A stretch of DNA of 64,000 bases from Thermoanaerobaculia bacterium (GTDB taxonomy: Bacteria; Acidobacteriota; Thermoanaerobaculia; UBA5066), in contig CAWFJJ010000025.1 in the NCBI GenBank assembly GCA_963816185.1, forward strand, positions 544,001-608,000, read 5' to 3'. Of this stretch, positions 7,921 through 20,633 are shown piece after piece (position 1 is the first letter of the stretch; each line of letters begins with the position of its first letter). Both the position numbers and the translations under genes were made by a program. The notes beneath the pieces were generated by a model. That model was not told the DNA's origin, searched no databases, and worked only from the letters and a program-made list of their open reading frames with translations.

Positions 7921-10674
7921 ATGGCGACTAAGAAGAAGGCTAAAGCAGCACCGAGGAAGCTCGTTTACTCGTTCGGAGCGGGAGCTGCCGAGGGAAGAGG
8001 CAGGCAGAAGGACCTGCTCGGCGGCAAAGGGGCGAACCTGGCCGAGATGGGGCGGCTTGGCCTGCCGGTGCCCCCCGGCTTCACCATCACGACCGAGGTC
8101 TGCACCTTCTTCTACGACAACAAGAAGAGCTACCCCAAGGGTTTGCGCAAGGAGGTCGCGACCCACCTGAAGGGGATCGAGAAGAAGCTCGGACGCACCT
8201 TCGGGGACCCGAAGAACCCGCTGACGGTGTCCGTTCGATCGGGCGCGCGGGCATCCATGCCGGGCATGATGGACACGATCCTGAACCTCGGCCTGAATGA
8301 CGAGACGGTCGAAGGTTTGGCGCAAGTCTCGAAGACCCCCCGCTTCGCCTGGGACTGCTACCGGCGGTTCGTGGCGATGTACGGAGACGTCGTTCTCGAG
8401 CTGAAACCGCTTGACAGGCACGAGCGGGACCCGTTCGAGGTCATCCTCGAGAAGAAAAAGAGCGCCTACAAGGTAAACCTCGACATGGAGCTCCCGGTGC
8501 AAGCCCTCCGGGAGCTCGTGCGCGAGTTCAAGGCCGAGATCAAGAAGCGTACCGGGAAGACCTTCCCGGACGATCCTCTCGAGCAGCTCTGGGGCGCGAT
8601 TGGCGCCGTGTTCGGCTCCTGGATGAACGACCGCGCGAAGGTCTACCGGCAGCTCAACGGAATTCCGGAGAGCTGGGGCACCGCGGTGACCGTCCAGTCG
8701 ATGGTGTTCGGCAATCTCGGCGGCGACTGCGGAACGGGCGTCGCGTTCACGCGCGACCCCGCGTCGGGGGAGAACGTCTTCTACGGCGAGTACCTGATCA
8801 ACGCGCAGGGCGAGGATGTCGTGGCCGGCGTGCGCACGCCGCAGAAGATCGCGACGCTCGGCAGGAAGATGCCGAAGGTCTACGCGGAACTGCTCGGCAT
8901 CCGGAAGACGCTCGAGGACCACTACGGCGACATGCAGGACATCGAGTTCACGGTGGAGGCCGGGAAGCTCTGGATGCTCCAGACGCGGACCGGCAAGCGC
9001 ACGGGCTTCGCGGAGGTGCGCATCGCCGTCGAGATGGTCGAGGAGAAGCGCATCACGCCCGAGCAGGCCGTCCTGCGCGTGAACCCCGACTCTCTGAACC
9101 AGCTTCTCAGGCCGATCTTCGATCCGGCCGCGAAGGCCGAGGCGATGGGCGCCGGCCAGTTTCTCGCGAAGGGTCTCAACGCCGGGCCGGGCGCCGCCAC
9201 GGGGCGCGCCGTCTTCACGGCGCTCGACGCCTTCGAGTGGGCCGAACGCGGCGAGAAGGTGCTCCTCGTACGCGAGGAGACGAGCCCCGAGGACATCAAA
9301 GGCATGAACGCGGCGGAGGGCGTCCTCACGGCGCGCGGCGGCATGACGTCTCACGCCGCGCTCGTCGCGAGGCAGATGGGCAAGGTGTGCATCGTGGGCT
9401 GCGAGACCCTGCGGATCGACGCGCAGCAGCGCCTCATGACGATCGCCTCGCCCGGCGCGAAAGAGCCGCGCATCGTCCACGAGGGCGACTGGCTCTCCAT
9501 CGACGGCTCGACGGGCGAGGTCATCGAGGGCCGCATCGGGACGAAGCCGTCCGAGGTCCTGCAGGTCATCCTCGACCGCTCCCTCGATCCGAAGAAGAGC
9601 GAGGTCTACCGGCGCTACGCGACGCTCATGAAGTGGGCGGACAAGGCTCGGCGCCTGAAGGTGCGCGCGAACGCCGACCAGCCGGACCAGGCCACGAACG
9701 CCGTCGCGTTCGGGGCCGAAGGCATCGGCCTCTGCCGCACGGAGCACATGTTCTTCGGCGGCGAGCGCATCACGGCGATGCGCGAGATGATCCTCGCGGA
9801 CAAGACCGAGGACCGCGAGCGTGCGCTCGACAAGATCCTCCCCATGCAGCGCGAGGACTTCGTCGGCCTGTTCCGCGCGATGGGGCCGCGCCCGGTGACG
9901 ATCCGGACGCTCGACCCGCCGCTCCACGAGTTCCTTCCGCACGGCGAGAAGGAGCGCGAGAGCGTGGCGCGCCAGGCCGGCGTCGACCCGCGCACCGTGG
10001 CGCGCAAGGTGGCCGAGCTGCACGAGATGAACCCGATGCTCGGGCACCGCGGCTGCCGCTTGGGCATCTCGTTTCCCGAGATCACCCGCATGCAGACGCG
10101 CGCGATCCTCGAGGCCGCGTGCCGCGTCAAGAAGGAAGGCATCGACGTGAGGCCCGAGATCATGATTCCACTCGTCGGCCACGTGAACGAGCTGGCCGAC
10201 CAGGCGAAGATCGTGCGCGACACCGCGAAGAAAGTCTTCGAGGCGGAAGGGATCAAGGTGAGCTTCCTTCTCGGCACGATGATCGAGCTGCCGCGCGCGG
10301 CGGTCACGGCGGACGAGATCGCTCGGGAGGCCGAGTTCTTCAGCTTCGGGACGAACGACCTCACGCAGACGACGTTCGGGCTCTCGCGGGACGACGCGGG
10401 CAAGTTCCTGCCCGAGTACGTGCGGCGCGAGATCCTGCCCGCCGATCCCTTCGAGAGGCTCGACCAGATCGGCGTCGGCAAGCTCATGAAGATGGCCGTC
10501 GAGCTGGGGCGCTCGACGCGCCCGGATATGCACCTCGGGATTTGCGGCGAGCACGGCGGCGACCCGTCCAGCGTGGAGTTCTGTCACCGCATCGGCCTCG
10601 ACTACGTGTCCTGCTCGCCGTTTCGCATCCCGATCGCCCGGCTGGCCGCGGCGCAGGCGGCGCTGAGGAAGTGA
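7921..10674 (+). CDS. ppdK: Pyruvate, phosphate dikinase
   Basis: [26 protein letters not shown] phospho-His motif, [10 protein letters not shown]; 917 aa. Confidence 0.98.
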   Translation: MATKKKAKAAPRKLVYSFGAGAAEGRGRQKDLLGGKGANLAEMGRLGLPVPPGFTITTEVCTFFYDNKKSYPKGLRKEVATHLKGIEKKLGRTFGDPKNPLTVSVRSGARASMPGMMDTILNLGLNDETVEGLAQVSKTPRFAWDCYRRFVAMYGDVVLELKPLDRHERDPFEVILEKKKSAYKVNLDMELPVQALRELVREFKAEIKKRTGKTFPDDPLEQLWGAIGAVFGSWMNDRAKVYRQLNGIPESWGTAVTVQSMVFGNLGGDCGTGVAFTRDPASGENVFYGEYLINAQGEDVVAGVRTPQKIATLGRKMPKVYAELLGIRKTLEDHYGDMQDIEFTVEAGKLWMLQTRTGKRTGFAEVRIAVEMVEEKRITPEQAVLRVNPDSLNQLLRPIFDPAAKAEAMGAGQFLAKGLNAGPGAATGRAVFTALDAFEWAERGEKVLLVREETSPEDIKGMNAAEGVLTARGGMTSHAALVARQMGKVCIVGCETLRIDAQQRLMTIASPGAKEPRIVHEGDWLSIDGSTGEVIEGRIGTKPSEVLQVILDRSLDPKKSEVYRRYATLMKWADKARRLKVRANADQPDQATNAVAFGAEGIGLCRTEHMFFGGERITAMREMILADKTEDRERALDKILPMQREDFVGLFRAMGPRPVTIRTLDPPLHEFLPHGEKERESVARQAGVDPRTVARKVAELHEMNPMLGHRGCRLGISFPEITRMQTRAILEAACRVKKEGIDVRPEIMIPLVGHVNELADQAKIVRDTAKKVFEAEGIKVSFLLGTMIELPRAAVTADEIAREAEFFSFGTNDLTQTTFGLSRDDAGKFLPEYVRREILPADPFERLDQIGVGKLMKMAVELGRSTRPDMHLGICGEHGGDPSSVEFCHRIGLDYVSCSPFRIPIARLAAAQAALRK

Positions 10675-12140
10675 GCCGCAGAGGCCGCCACCACCGCTCC
10701 GATCTCGCCGACATCGCGCGCCGCGCGATGCAGGAGAAAGGGCTCAACCCCGACTTCCCGAAGGATGCGCTCGTCCAGCTCGGGAAGATCGAGGAGCCCG
10801 CGCGTGAGAAGGATCCCGCGATCCGCGACCAGCGCGACCTCCTCTGGGCCTCCATCGACAACGACGACAGCCGCGACCTCGACCAGCTTTCCGTCGCCGA
10901 GGAGCTCGCCGGCGGCGCCGTGAGGGTACTCGTCGCGATCGCGGACGTCGACGCGCTCGTCGGGAAGGGAACTCCGCTGGATGGGCGGGCCGCACAGAAC
11001 ACGACGTCGGTCTACACGGCCGGCGGGGTCTTCCCCATGCTTCCCGAGAAGCTCTCGACGGACCTCACGTCGCTGAACCAGGACGAGGACCGGCTCTCCG
11101 TCGTCATCGAGTACGTCGTGAACGCGGACGGGACGCTCGGCGATTCCAACGTCTATCGCTCCCTCGTACGCAACAAGGCGAAGCTCGCCTACGACTCGGT
11201 GGACGCGTGGCGCGACGGCCGCGGAGAGATGCCGGCCGCGATGGCGAAGGTTCCGGGGGTCGACGCACAGATCCGGCTTCAGGAGGACGTTTCGCAGCGC
11301 CTCCGCCACCTGCGTTACGCGCACGGCGCGCTCGACCTCCAGACGATCGAGGCGCGAGCCGTCTTCGACGGTGAGGAGATTCGCGACCTGACGGTCGACG
11401 AGCAGAACCAGCCGAGGCAGCTCATCGAGGACTTCATGATCGCCGCGAACGGCGTGACGGCCCGCTATCTCGAGGACGCGGGCTTCGCCGCTCTCAGGCG
11501 CGTCGTGAAATCCCCGGAGAGGTGGCAGCGCATCGTCTCCGTCGCCGCCGAGCACGGCTTCTCGCTCCCTCCGGAGCCGGACTCGAAGGCGCTGGAGGCT
11601 TTTCTCGCGGCGCGCCGCAAGGCCGACCCTCTGCGCTTTCCGGATCTCTCACTCGTCATCGTGAAGCTCATGGGCTCCGGCGAGTACGTCGTCGAGCTGC
11701 CCGGGAAGGAGCCGGTCGGCCACTTCGGCCTCGCCGTGCGCGACTACACGCACTCCACGGCGCCGAACCGCCGCTACCCGGACGTGATCACGCAGCGTCT
11801 TCTCAAGGCGGCGCTCGCGCATCGCCCGACGCCCTATTCGGCGTCCGATCTGAACGGCCTCGCCGTTCGCTGCACCGAGCAGGAGGACGCCGCGAACAAA
11901 GTCGAACGCCTCGTGCGCAAATCCGCGGCCGCGCTGCTCCTCGAGACGCGCATCGGCGAGCACTTCGACGGAGTCGTGACGGGTGCGTCGGAGAAGGGCA
12001 CCTGGGTGCGCATCTTCCGGCCGCCCGTCGAAGGCAAGGTCGTCCGCGGCGAAGCGGGCCTCGAGGTCGGGAACAAGGTGCGCGTCAAGCTCGTGTCGAC
12101 GAACGTCGAGCGCGGCTACATCGACTTCGTCAGGGCGTGA
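10671..12140 (+). CDS. RNB-domain ribonuclease (RNase II/R family) with C-terminal S1
   Basis: [33 protein letters not shown]; GTG overlaps the ppdK stop. Confidence 0.92.
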   Translation: MSRRGRHHRSDLADIARRAMQEKGLNPDFPKDALVQLGKIEEPAREKDPAIRDQRDLLWASIDNDDSRDLDQLSVAEELAGGAVRVLVAIADVDALVGKGTPLDGRAAQNTTSVYTAGGVFPMLPEKLSTDLTSLNQDEDRLSVVIEYVVNADGTLGDSNVYRSLVRNKAKLAYDSVDAWRDGRGEMPAAMAKVPGVDAQIRLQEDVSQRLRHLRYAHGALDLQTIEARAVFDGEEIRDLTVDEQNQPRQLIEDFMIAANGVTARYLEDAGFAALRRVVKSPERWQRIVSVAAEHGFSLPPEPDSKALEAFLAARRKADPLRFPDLSLVIVKLMGSGEYVVELPGKEPVGHFGLAVRDYTHSTAPNRRYPDVITQRLLKAALAHRPTPYSASDLNGLAVRCTEQEDAANKVERLVRKSAAALLLETRIGEHFDGVVTGASEKGTWVRIFRPPVEGKVVRGEAGLEVGNKVRVKLVSTNVERGYIDFVRA

Positions 12141-13017
12141 CGCCCGTCAGGAAACGGATCAGGAGCTCGTTGACCCGCTGGGGCGCGTCGGCCTGCACCC
12201 AGTGACTCGCGTCCGCGATCCGCTCGACCGTCAGGCGCGGCACCCAGCGGTCGAGGCCCTCGAGGAGGCCAGGGCCGAGGTAGCGGTCGCGCTCGCCCCA
12301 GACGAGGAGCGTTCGGAGGTCTTCCGGCCACGTGCGGCCGCGGACCCGCGGCGGAAACCGGAAGGCCGCCCGGTAGTAGTTCACGGCGGCCGTGAGCGCG
12401 CCGGGCCGGGCGAGGGCTTCCTTGTACAGGCGGATGTCCTCGTCCGTAAAGGCTCCCGGCGACACGGGATCGCGCCGGAGCATCCTCTCGAGCACCGCGA
12501 AGTTCCCGGCGCGGATTCGCCGCTCCGGAAGCCAAGGGAGCTGGAAGAAGAAGACGTACGAGGACTTCCTCCGCTGCGCGGGGTTCGTCCGCAGCTCGCG
12601 TCGGAAGGCGAGCGGATGCGGCGCATTGAGCAGGGTCAGCGAGAGCAGTCGCTCGGGATGGAAAAGCGGTGCGAACCACGCGAGGACGCCGCCCCAGTCG
12701 TGCCCGACGACGTGGGCCTTCGCGTTCGCTCCGCCGCCGAGCTGGTCGATCAGGCCCTCCAGGTCCGCGAGGAGGGTCTCGATACGGTACGCGGAGACAC
12801 CTCGCGGCGTGTCCGAGAAGTTGTAGCCGCGGAGGTCGGGCGCCACGGCGCGGAAGCCCGCGGCCGCGAGCGCGGGGACCTGGTGGCGCCACGCGTACCA
12901 GAACTCGGGGAAGCCGTGGAGGAGAATGACGAGCGGCCCTTCGCCCTGCTCGACCCAGTGCAGGCGGATCCCGTTGACCCGGCCCTCGACGTGACGGAGA
13001 GGCGAGGCCGCGTTCAC
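12130..13017 (-). CDS. Alpha/beta hydrolase (epoxide hydrolase-like)
   Basis: LLHGFPEFWY, APDLRGYN, GHDWGG, ASHWVQ; GTG overlaps the upstream stop. Confidence 0.92.
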   Translation of the reverse strand: MNAASPLRHVEGRVNGIRLHWVEQGEGPLVILLHGFPEFWYAWRHQVPALAAAGFRAVAPDLRGYNFSDTPRGVSAYRIETLLADLEGLIDQLGGGANAKAHVVGHDWGGVLAWFAPLFHPERLLSLTLLNAPHPLAFRRELRTNPAQRRKSSYVFFFQLPWLPERRIRAGNFAVLERMLRRDPVSPGAFTDEDIRLYKEALARPGALTAAVNYYRAAFRFPPRVRGRTWPEDLRTLLVWGERDRYLGPGLLEGLDRWVPRLTVERIADASHWVQADAPQRVNELLIRFLTGVTP

Positions 13018-16000
13018 CGGTTGGAATGGGCGACGAAGCTCCCGTCGTTCGTGGCGCCGCTCTGCGGCGTCGGTCCGTCGTTGACGACGCCGTACGCGTA
13101 GAGCGCGCTCGAGCCTCCCGTGCGGAGGACGTGGACGTAGCCGTTCGCGACCCCATAGGACGTGAGGATGGGCGAGAACTGGAACCACCCGCCGACGGGA
13201 AGGTTCTGGACCTTGGAGCTGCCCGCCAGCTTTCCCGTGTCGCCGTTGTAGACGTCCACGCGGTAGGCGTCCGTCACGTTGACGTTCCCGAAGTTCACGA
13301 CGGCGAGGTTCGAGCGGTTCGTCGCGTTCTGCTGGAGGCCGTACACCCAGGCCTCGCCCGAGGCGGCTTCGGACACCTGCGTCGCGCGGTAGAAGAGACC
13401 GTACTGGCCACCGCCCGCGGCGGGCGCCCCCGTCCGTGCCCCGACGAACAGCCACGCGAGACCGCCGTTGCGCATGGCGCTGATCTGGAGCGCCCCGGCG
13501 TAGGAACCGGCCCCCTTGGCGCCGATCGCGACGCCTTTGCCCCGCAGGTAGTCGAGGGCGTTGGGGATGATCTTCTGCTCGTACGGCTGGAGGCTCTCCA
13601 TGGCGACGCCGCCCGCGCCGCCCGCCGGGCTCAGCGACTCCACGTACGTCATCGTGATGGTGATCGGCTCGGCGTACGGGCTTCCGAGAACGAGCTCGCT
13701 CTGGAACGTCCCCGTCTCCACGAGGACCGACAGGGTCTGGGGATTTCCCGGACTGAGCGGCATCGGGGGAACGAAGGACCCGTCCGACGTGACGTTGTCG
13801 TTGAAGACGGCGTACGTGTAGAACGGTCCGGGCCCATCGACGAGCTCGACCGTCGCCCAGCCGTCGGCATAGCCGGCCGAAGACAGGACGTGACCGATCT
13901 GCGTCCACTGGCCAGGCCCGAGGACGACGTTCGGGAGGACCATGGAGCGTCCGTCGGCGCCCGCGTGGAGAGTCACCCGGAGCGTGATCGGGATCGCCGC
14001 GTTCATGTTCACGAGGGCGAGGTTGCTCCGGTCGGCGGCATTCTCGCGGAGGCCGAAGAGGTACACGGGCGACGTGAAGGCGTCGTCGAGCCTCACACCG
14101 GGATACGCGAGTCCCGCGCGCCCGCCCGCGGAGGGCGCCGTCGTCCGCGCGCCCGCGAAGGCGACGGAATCCGATGACAGACCCTCGAACGTGACGAAGA
14201 GCGCCCCGCCCTGATTCGAGTCTGACGGGATCGTCAGGCCCTTCGTCCTCAAGTACGCGAGCGTATCCGGGATAATGATCTGTCGCCCCGCCGGGAGCGT
14301 CTCGCTCACGGTCCCGCTCCCGGAGGCGCCGAGCGAGGTCGCCGCGACGTACGTCATCTGCAGTGTGGCCGTCGTCGTGCCCCGGTTCGCGAGCGTCAGC
14401 TCCGACGAGAACCGCGCGCGCCGCCCACGCCCGAGACGTCGAGGACGATGGGGACGACCTTCGTGACCGCGCTGCCCGCGATCGCGGGGGCGACCGTGAC
14501 CGACTGCGTCTTCGTGTTCTCTCCGGCGGCGTTCGTCACCGTGAGCGAGACCTGGTATTGGCCCGCGGCGGCGAACGTGTGCGTCGGGTACGGCACCGCC
14601 GACACGCCCCCGTCGCCGAAGGTCCACGACCAGGACGTCGGGTTGCCGGTCGAGAGGTCCGTGAAGCCGAATGGCTGCCCGGCGACCGGAATCCCGGCCC
14701 ACGTGAAGTCCGCCAGCGCGGGCGGCGTCGGGAAGCGGTAGACGCCCCGTGCGCTCGTGCCGACGTAGAGCGTCGCGGATCCCGGCGCGATCGCGAAGGC
14801 GTTCACGAAAGCGTTCCCGAGCCCGGCGTTGAAAGGCGTCCAGCTCGTCCCGTGGTCCGTGCTCCTGAAGAGACCGACGATCGTGCCGGCGTAGAACGTC
14901 GAGGCGGACGCGGGATCGAACTTCAGGGCGGTGATCGTCGTCGACGGCAGGCCGTTCGTGACCGGTGCCCAGCCCACGCCGCCGTCGGCCGATCGAAACA
15001 GGCCCCCGTCCGTACCCGCCCACATGGTCGAAGAGGAGCTCGGGTCCATGGTCAGCGCGTAGACGACCCGGGTCGCCAGGGCGTTGTTCGTGACCCACTC
15101 CAGTCCGCCGTCCTTGTGGACGCGGATCCCGTAGACGCCTGAGTCCGTCCCGGCGACCGCGGTCGCGCCGGGCGCGGGGACGACGATGCTCTCGAAGACG
15201 GGGAGCGGGGCGGGCGAGCCGCCGTAACCCGCCCAAGTGGCGCCGGCGTCGGTGCTCTTCCACGCGAGTCCCTGCGCCGGGGTTGTGGGGGCTTCGGGCG
15301 TGCCGACCCCCCCGGCGGCATAGACGGTCGTCGGCGATCCGGGGTCCGACGCCCACGCGTAGACGATGGCGATGGTGTCGATGTGCGTCCATGTCGCGCC
15401 GCCGTCGGTGCTCCTCCAGCCCCCGTCGCCCATTCCGGCGAGAATCGTCGAAGAGCCCGGGAGGATTGCGAGACAGAAAACGTTGGCGACGTTCGGGCTG
15501 ACCGTGACGGACGTCCACGTCACGCCGGCGTCCACGCTCTTGTATAGGCCGACGTCGGTGCCCGCGTAGACAGTCGCGGGTGCCGTGGGATCGACGGCGA
15601 GCGACAGGATCCTGACCGACGTCAGGCCCCTGTTCGAGGCCTGGGCGTTCACGCCCGCGTTCGTGCTCCTGAAGACGCCGTTCGCCGCCCCGATGTAGAC
15701 ATTCGAGGGCGTCACGGGGTCGACCGCAAGGGCATTGATGACCTGTTGCGGGAAGCCGCCGGTCACCCGGCTCAGGGTCGCGGCCCCGTCGAGACTCTTC
15801 GCGACCTGCACCGCGTTGGCGCAGGCATAGACCGTGGTGGGCGTGACGGGGTCGATGGCCAGAGCGAAGCCGGTCCCCTTGAAAGCGGCGGCATTCCAGG
15901 TCGCCGCGCCGTCGGTGCTCTTGAAGACGCCGCCTCCGTTCGTCCCGGCATAGAGGGTCGAAGGCGTTTTCGGGTCAATCGCGATCGCGAAGACCCTCGT

Positions 16001-16684
16001 CTGGGTCAACCCGTTCGAGGCCGCCGTCCAGGTCGCGGCCCCGTCCGAGGTCCGGAAGACGCCGTTGTCCCTCGTACCCGCATAGAGAGTCGAGGGCGAG
16101 ACCGAATTGATCGCCAGGGCGAAAACCTGCACGGTCCCGAGGCCGGCGCTCGCGGCGGTCCAGCTCGCCGCGCCGTCCGTGCTCTTGAAGACCCCGCTGT
16201 CCGTCCCTGCATAGAGTGTGGATGGCGTCCCGGGGTCGATCGCAAAGACCCAGATCCGGTTCGTCGTCAGGCCGGCCGCCGCCCAGCTCGTCCCGCCGTC
16301 GGTGCTCCTCCAGACGCCGTGATTCCTCGTGCCCGCATACACGGTCGTGCTCGTGATCGGATCGATCGCGAGAGAGAGAACGGCATCCCCCGGCAAGCCG
16401 GTACCGGCAACCGCCCAGCTCGCCCCGCCGTTCGTCGTCTTGAAGACGCCGCCGCCGCCCGCGCTGCTGAACTTGAAGGCCCCGTGGCCGGTGCCCGCGT
16501 AGATCGTCGCCGGCGCGCGCGGATCGATGGCCAGGGCGAACACATTCCCCCCGGTCGGTCCGACGCTGCTCCACACGTCCACGTCGCCGCGGGCAACGCC
16601 CGCGAGAAGAAAGAGGGCCGCAAAAGTGGGGATAGAGACGAACCGGTGGGTGAGAAGGCAACGCAGCCTAACGAGCACGATCAT
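13014..16684 (-). CDS. Large exported BNR/Asp-box beta-propeller + PKD + C-terminal beta-domain protein, with apparent frameshift near 14415
   Basis: Signal-like N-terminus, many 'YAGT..GVFKSTDGGASW' repeats, PKD WSWTFGDG. Reading continues in another frame (FSSELTLANRG...) after a (CG)4 tract. Start codon uncertain. Confidence 0.8.
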
Positions 16685-16741
16685 GTCGTCGATCGCTCCG
16701 GGAAACGCGCGATTGCGCGGCATCATATCGTGCGCGGGGGG

Positions 16742-17980
16742 TCACGAGCCCTCCCGCCGCGGCTCCCTGACGCGTGAGAAGAGCGCGGCGGAGAGGAGTC
16801 CGAGCGCGAGCATCGAGAGCCACAGCACGCGCCCGCCCCCGTGTTCGAGGAGCGCGGTTCCGAGCGGCGGCCCGACGACGATCGCGAAGCTGAACGCCAT
16901 CCCGTAGAGCCCCATGTAGACGCCGCGGCTCTCGGGCGGCGCGACGTCGGCTACCCACGACGCCATTCCGGGGAGCAGCATCATCTCGCCGAACGTCCAG
17001 ACGACGATCGTGAGGACGACGACGGGCATCGAGCGCGCGAACGCGAGCGCGCCGAAGCCAGAGGCGACGAGGACGGAGCCGAGCGCGAGCGCGCGCCGGT
17101 GCGACCAGTGCGCGGTCGCGAAGTTGAGCGGCACCTCGAGGAAGACGATCAGGACCGTGTTGACCGTGTGGAGGAGGCCGAACGTCCAGACCGGGAAGCC
17201 GAGGACCACGACGAGGAAGACGGGCAGGGACGACGCGTGTTGGAAGAAGACGATCCCCACCGGCACGAGCGCGACGAGGAAGTAGACGAGCGCCGGATCC
17301 CGCAGGCCCTCGCGCCGCGACGGGCCGACGCCGGCGGGTGCCGCCGCGGGGAACGCGATGTCCTTCGGGAAGAAGAGGGCGAGCGTCGCGGCCGCGAGGA
17401 GGGACGTCGCGCCGTCGACGTAGAACAGAGCGGGCCACGACACGGCCGCGAGGAAGCCGCCGAGCGCGGGCCCGATGCTCATCCCGAGATTCGAAGCGAG
17501 CCGCTGGAGCGCGAACGCCGCCCGCCGCTGTTCGGGCGCGGCGAGGTGCGTGATGACGCTCAGGCTCGCCGGCCGGAACGCCTCGTTCACGACGGCGATG
17601 ACGAGCGTGAGCACGGCGATCGACGGGAGGGTGCGCGCGAGCGGGACGAAGAGGAGGAAGAGGCCCGAGAGGAGGAGCGAGACGAGCATCATCCGCACGG
17701 GGCCGAAGCGGTCCGCGAACCGGCCGACGACCGGTCCCGCCACGAGCGCCCCGAGGCCGAAGAGCGCGAAGACGCCGCCCGCCATGGACGGGGTCACGCC
17801 CAGGTCCTTCGTGAGGTAGAGGATCAGGAACGGCAGGAACATCGTCCCCGACCGGTTCACGAGAGTGGCCCCCGCGAGCACCCAGAGCGCGCGGGGGAGA
17901 TCCGAGAGTCCCCGCCAGGGGTTCAGCGCGAGTCTCCGGAGAGCGGCATCACGCGCGGAGCATACGTGCGCCTGCATCAT
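16742..17980 (-). CDS. MFS transporter
   Basis: Multiple hydrophobic helices, GRFADRFG motif A; exact start uncertain. Confidence 0.9.
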   Translation of the reverse strand: MMQAHVCSARDAALRRLALNPWRGLSDLPRALWVLAGATLVNRSGTMFLPFLILYLTKDLGVTPSMAGGVFALFGLGALVAGPVVGRFADRFGPVRMMLVSLLLSGLFLLFVPLARTLPSIAVLTLVIAVVNEAFRPASLSVITHLAAPEQRRAAFALQRLASNLGMSIGPALGGFLAAVSWPALFYVDGATSLLAAATLALFFPKDIAFPAAAPAGVGPSRREGLRDPALVYFLVALVPVGIVFFQHASSLPVFLVVVLGFPVWTFGLLHTVNTVLIVFLEVPLNFATAHWSHRRALALGSVLVASGFGALAFARSMPVVVLTIVVWTFGEMMLLPGMASWVADVAPPESRGVYMGLYGMAFSFAIVVGPPLGTALLEHGGGRVLWLSMLALGLLSAALFSRVREPRREGS

Positions 17981-18016
17981 TCCTGCCGGTCCGGCAGATT
18001 CCGAAGATAATCTCTT

Positions 18017-20629
18017 ATGCATGTCGCGTTGACGCTCAACGGCGTCGAGAAGACCTTTGACGTCGCCGCCGACGCGTCGCTCCTCGAGCTGCTCCGCGAC
18101 GGCGCGGGGATCACGTCGCCGAAGGATGGCTGCTCGCCCCAGGGCCAGTGCGGGGCGTGCCTCGTGCTCGTGGACGGGCATCCGAAAACTTCGTGCGCGA
18201 TTCCCGCCCGGAACGCCGCGGGGAAGAGCGTCCTGACGCTCGAGGGAGTGGCCGAGAGCGAGCGGCGAATTTACGGTGAGGCGTTCGCACGGACGGCGGG
18301 CCTCCAGTGCGGCTTCTGCATTCCGGGCATCGCGCTCCGGATGAAGAGCGTCCTCGACGCGAACCCGGATCCGACGGACGAAGAGATCAAGCGGAAGCTC
18401 GATCCGCACCTTTGCCGGTGCACCGGGTACGTCAAGATCGTCGACGCGTTCCATGCCGCGGCGCGGCTGCGCCGCGGCGAAGCGCTCCCGCCGCCGGACG
18501 AATCGGGCCGCGTCGGAACCAGCCTCGACCGCTACGAGGCCGAGGAGCTGACTCTCGGGACGCGGCCGTACGTCGCCGACCTCGTTTTTCCCGGGATGCT
18601 CCACGGCGCCGTGGCGCTCTCGGCGCACGCGCGGGCGCGCGTAAAAAGGATCGACACATCGAGGGCGGCCGGCCACCCCGGCGTGATGGCGGTCGTCACC
18701 GCGCGCGACGTGCCCGGCAAGCGTTTCTACGGCCTGATCGTCCCGGACTGGCCCGGCTTCGTGGCGGAGGGCGAGGAAACGCACTATGTCGGCGACGTCC
18801 TCGCGGCCGTCGCCGCGGTCGACGCGCGGACCGCCCGCGCCGCGGCGGCGAAGGTCGACGTGGAGTACGAAGTTCTCCCGCCCGTGACCGACCCCGAGGA
18901 GGCGCTCCGTCCCGGCGCTCCGCTCGTGGGAGGCGAGGGCAACCTCCTCGAGCGCTCGGTCGTCAAGCGCGGCGACGTCGAGGCGGCGCTCGCGGCGTCG
19001 GCGCACGTCGTCGAGGGCACGTGGCAGACGCAGCGCATCGAGCACCTCTACCTCGAGCCCGAGGCGTGCCTCGCCGCGCCGGGCGATATCGCCGGGCAGA
19101 ACCCTCGAGCGCGCCTGACCCTCTACACGCAGGGACAGGGAGTCTTCGACGACCGGCGGCAGGTGGCCGCGTTCCTCGGCCTCGCCGAGGACGAGGTGCA
19201 CGTCGTCCTCGTCCCGAACGGCGGCGCCTTCGGCGGCAAGGAGGACATGTCGATCCAGGCGCAGACGGCCCTCCTCGCCCGCGTGACGGGGCGGCCCGTT
19301 CGACTCGTCCTCTCGCGTGAGGAGTCCATGCGGCTCCACCCGAAGAGGCATCCCATCCGGATGCATTACCGCGCCGGGTGCGACTCCGAAGGCAGGCTGA
19401 CCGCGGTCCGGGCACGGATGATCGGCGACTCGGGCGCATACGCGTCGGTCGGGGGCAAGGTTCTCGAGCGTGCGGCCGGGCACGCGGCCGGACCGTACAA
19501 GTGCCCGAACATCGATGTCGAGGCGCTGGCCGTCTACACGAACAACCCGCCCTGCGGCGCCATGCGCGGCTTCGGCGCGAACCAGGCCCACTTCGCCATG
19601 GAAGGCGCCCTCGACATGCTGGCCGAGAAAGCCGGACTCGACGGCTGGGAGATCAGGTGGCGCAACGCGCTCGAGGCGGGCGACGAGTGGTCGTGCGGGC
19701 AGAAGCTCACGGCTTCGGTCGGCCTCAAGAAGACTCTCCTCGCCGTCAAGGACGTCTGGGAGAAGAACCGGGGGCGCGCGGGCATCGCCTGCGGCATCAA
19801 GAACTCCGGCATCGGGAACGGGCTGAAGGAATGGGGAAGGGCGCGGCTCGTGGTGGAGGGCGGCGGCAGCATCACGCTTTACAACGGCTACACCGAGATG
19901 GGCCAGGGCCTCCTCACTGTCCTGATCCAGTGCGCGTGCGAGGTGACGGGGCTCCCCGCGTCCGTCTTCCGCGCCCGGGTCGACACGCGCTTTCCGATGG
20001 AGGTGGGCCAGACGACAGGCTCGCGGGCGACGTATCTCGGCGGACGTGCCGTCGTCGACGCGGCGCGGAAGCTGAAAGCGGACCTCGATTCCGGCAGGAC
20101 GCTCGAGGATCTTTCGGGCACCGTCTACGTGGGCGAAGTCCTCGTGGATGACACGACGAAGCTCGGCCACGAACCGCCTCCCGGAGTCCCGATGAAGCTT
20201 CACTCGGCCTTCGGATTTGCCACGCAGGTCGTGATCCTCGACGAGAAAGGCCGCGTGTCGAAGGTCGTGGCAGCTCACGACGTGGGGCGCGCCATCAACC
20301 CGAAGCTCTGCGAGGGGCAGATCGAAGGCTCCGTCCACATGGGTCTCGGCTACGCGCTCACGGAGGAGATGGTCTGCAAGGACGGCATGCCGGTTTCGTT
20401 CCGCATCCGCGACTACGGCGTCCTCAGGGCTCAGGACATGCCCGAAGTCGAGGTGATCCTCGTGGAGGACCCGCAGCCCGACGGCCCGTTCGGCGCCAAG
20501 GGCGTGGGGGAGATCGGCCTCGTGCCGACGGCTCCCGCGGTGGCCGCCGCCCTGCACACTTTCGACGGCGTCCGCCGGTTCACGCTCCCGATGCGCGATT
20601 CTCCTGCTGCCCGGGCGTTGAAACGGTGA
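18017..20629 (+). CDS. xdh: Xanthine dehydrogenase-family molybdenum hydroxylase, fused 2Fe-2S + Mo subunit (selenium-dependent XDH-like)
   Basis: GCSPQGQCGAC, QCGFC, CRCTGY, GGAFGGK, AMRGFG, GAKGVGE. Confidence 0.9.
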   Translation: MHVALTLNGVEKTFDVAADASLLELLRDGAGITSPKDGCSPQGQCGACLVLVDGHPKTSCAIPARNAAGKSVLTLEGVAESERRIYGEAFARTAGLQCGFCIPGIALRMKSVLDANPDPTDEEIKRKLDPHLCRCTGYVKIVDAFHAAARLRRGEALPPPDESGRVGTSLDRYEAEELTLGTRPYVADLVFPGMLHGAVALSAHARARVKRIDTSRAAGHPGVMAVVTARDVPGKRFYGLIVPDWPGFVAEGEETHYVGDVLAAVAAVDARTARAAAAKVDVEYEVLPPVTDPEEALRPGAPLVGGEGNLLERSVVKRGDVEAALAASAHVVEGTWQTQRIEHLYLEPEACLAAPGDIAGQNPRARLTLYTQGQGVFDDRRQVAAFLGLAEDEVHVVLVPNGGAFGGKEDMSIQAQTALLARVTGRPVRLVLSREESMRLHPKRHPIRMHYRAGCDSEGRLTAVRARMIGDSGAYASVGGKVLERAAGHAAGPYKCPNIDVEALAVYTNNPPCGAMRGFGANQAHFAMEGALDMLAEKAGLDGWEIRWRNALEAGDEWSCGQKLTASVGLKKTLLAVKDVWEKNRGRAGIACGIKNSGIGNGLKEWGRARLVVEGGGSITLYNGYTEMGQGLLTVLIQCACEVTGLPASVFRARVDTRFPMEVGQTTGSRATYLGGRAVVDAARKLKADLDSGRTLEDLSGTVYVGEVLVDDTTKLGHEPPPGVPMKLHSAFGFATQVVILDEKGRVSKVVAAHDVGRAINPKLCEGQIEGSVHMGLGYALTEEMVCKDGMPVSFRIRDYGVLRAQDMPEVEVILVEDPQPDGPFGAKGVGEIGLVPTAPAVAAALHTFDGVRRFTLPMRDSPAARALKR

Positions 20630-20633
20630 AGGC

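Noticed and set aside
7903-10587. 894-aa antisense ORF opposite ppdK, and many similar long ORFs in the track
   Set aside because: High-GC shadow frames with no recognisable motifs.
14740-16560. Recurrent DNA similarity within the large exported gene
   Set aside because: Explained by BNR/Asp-box protein repeats.
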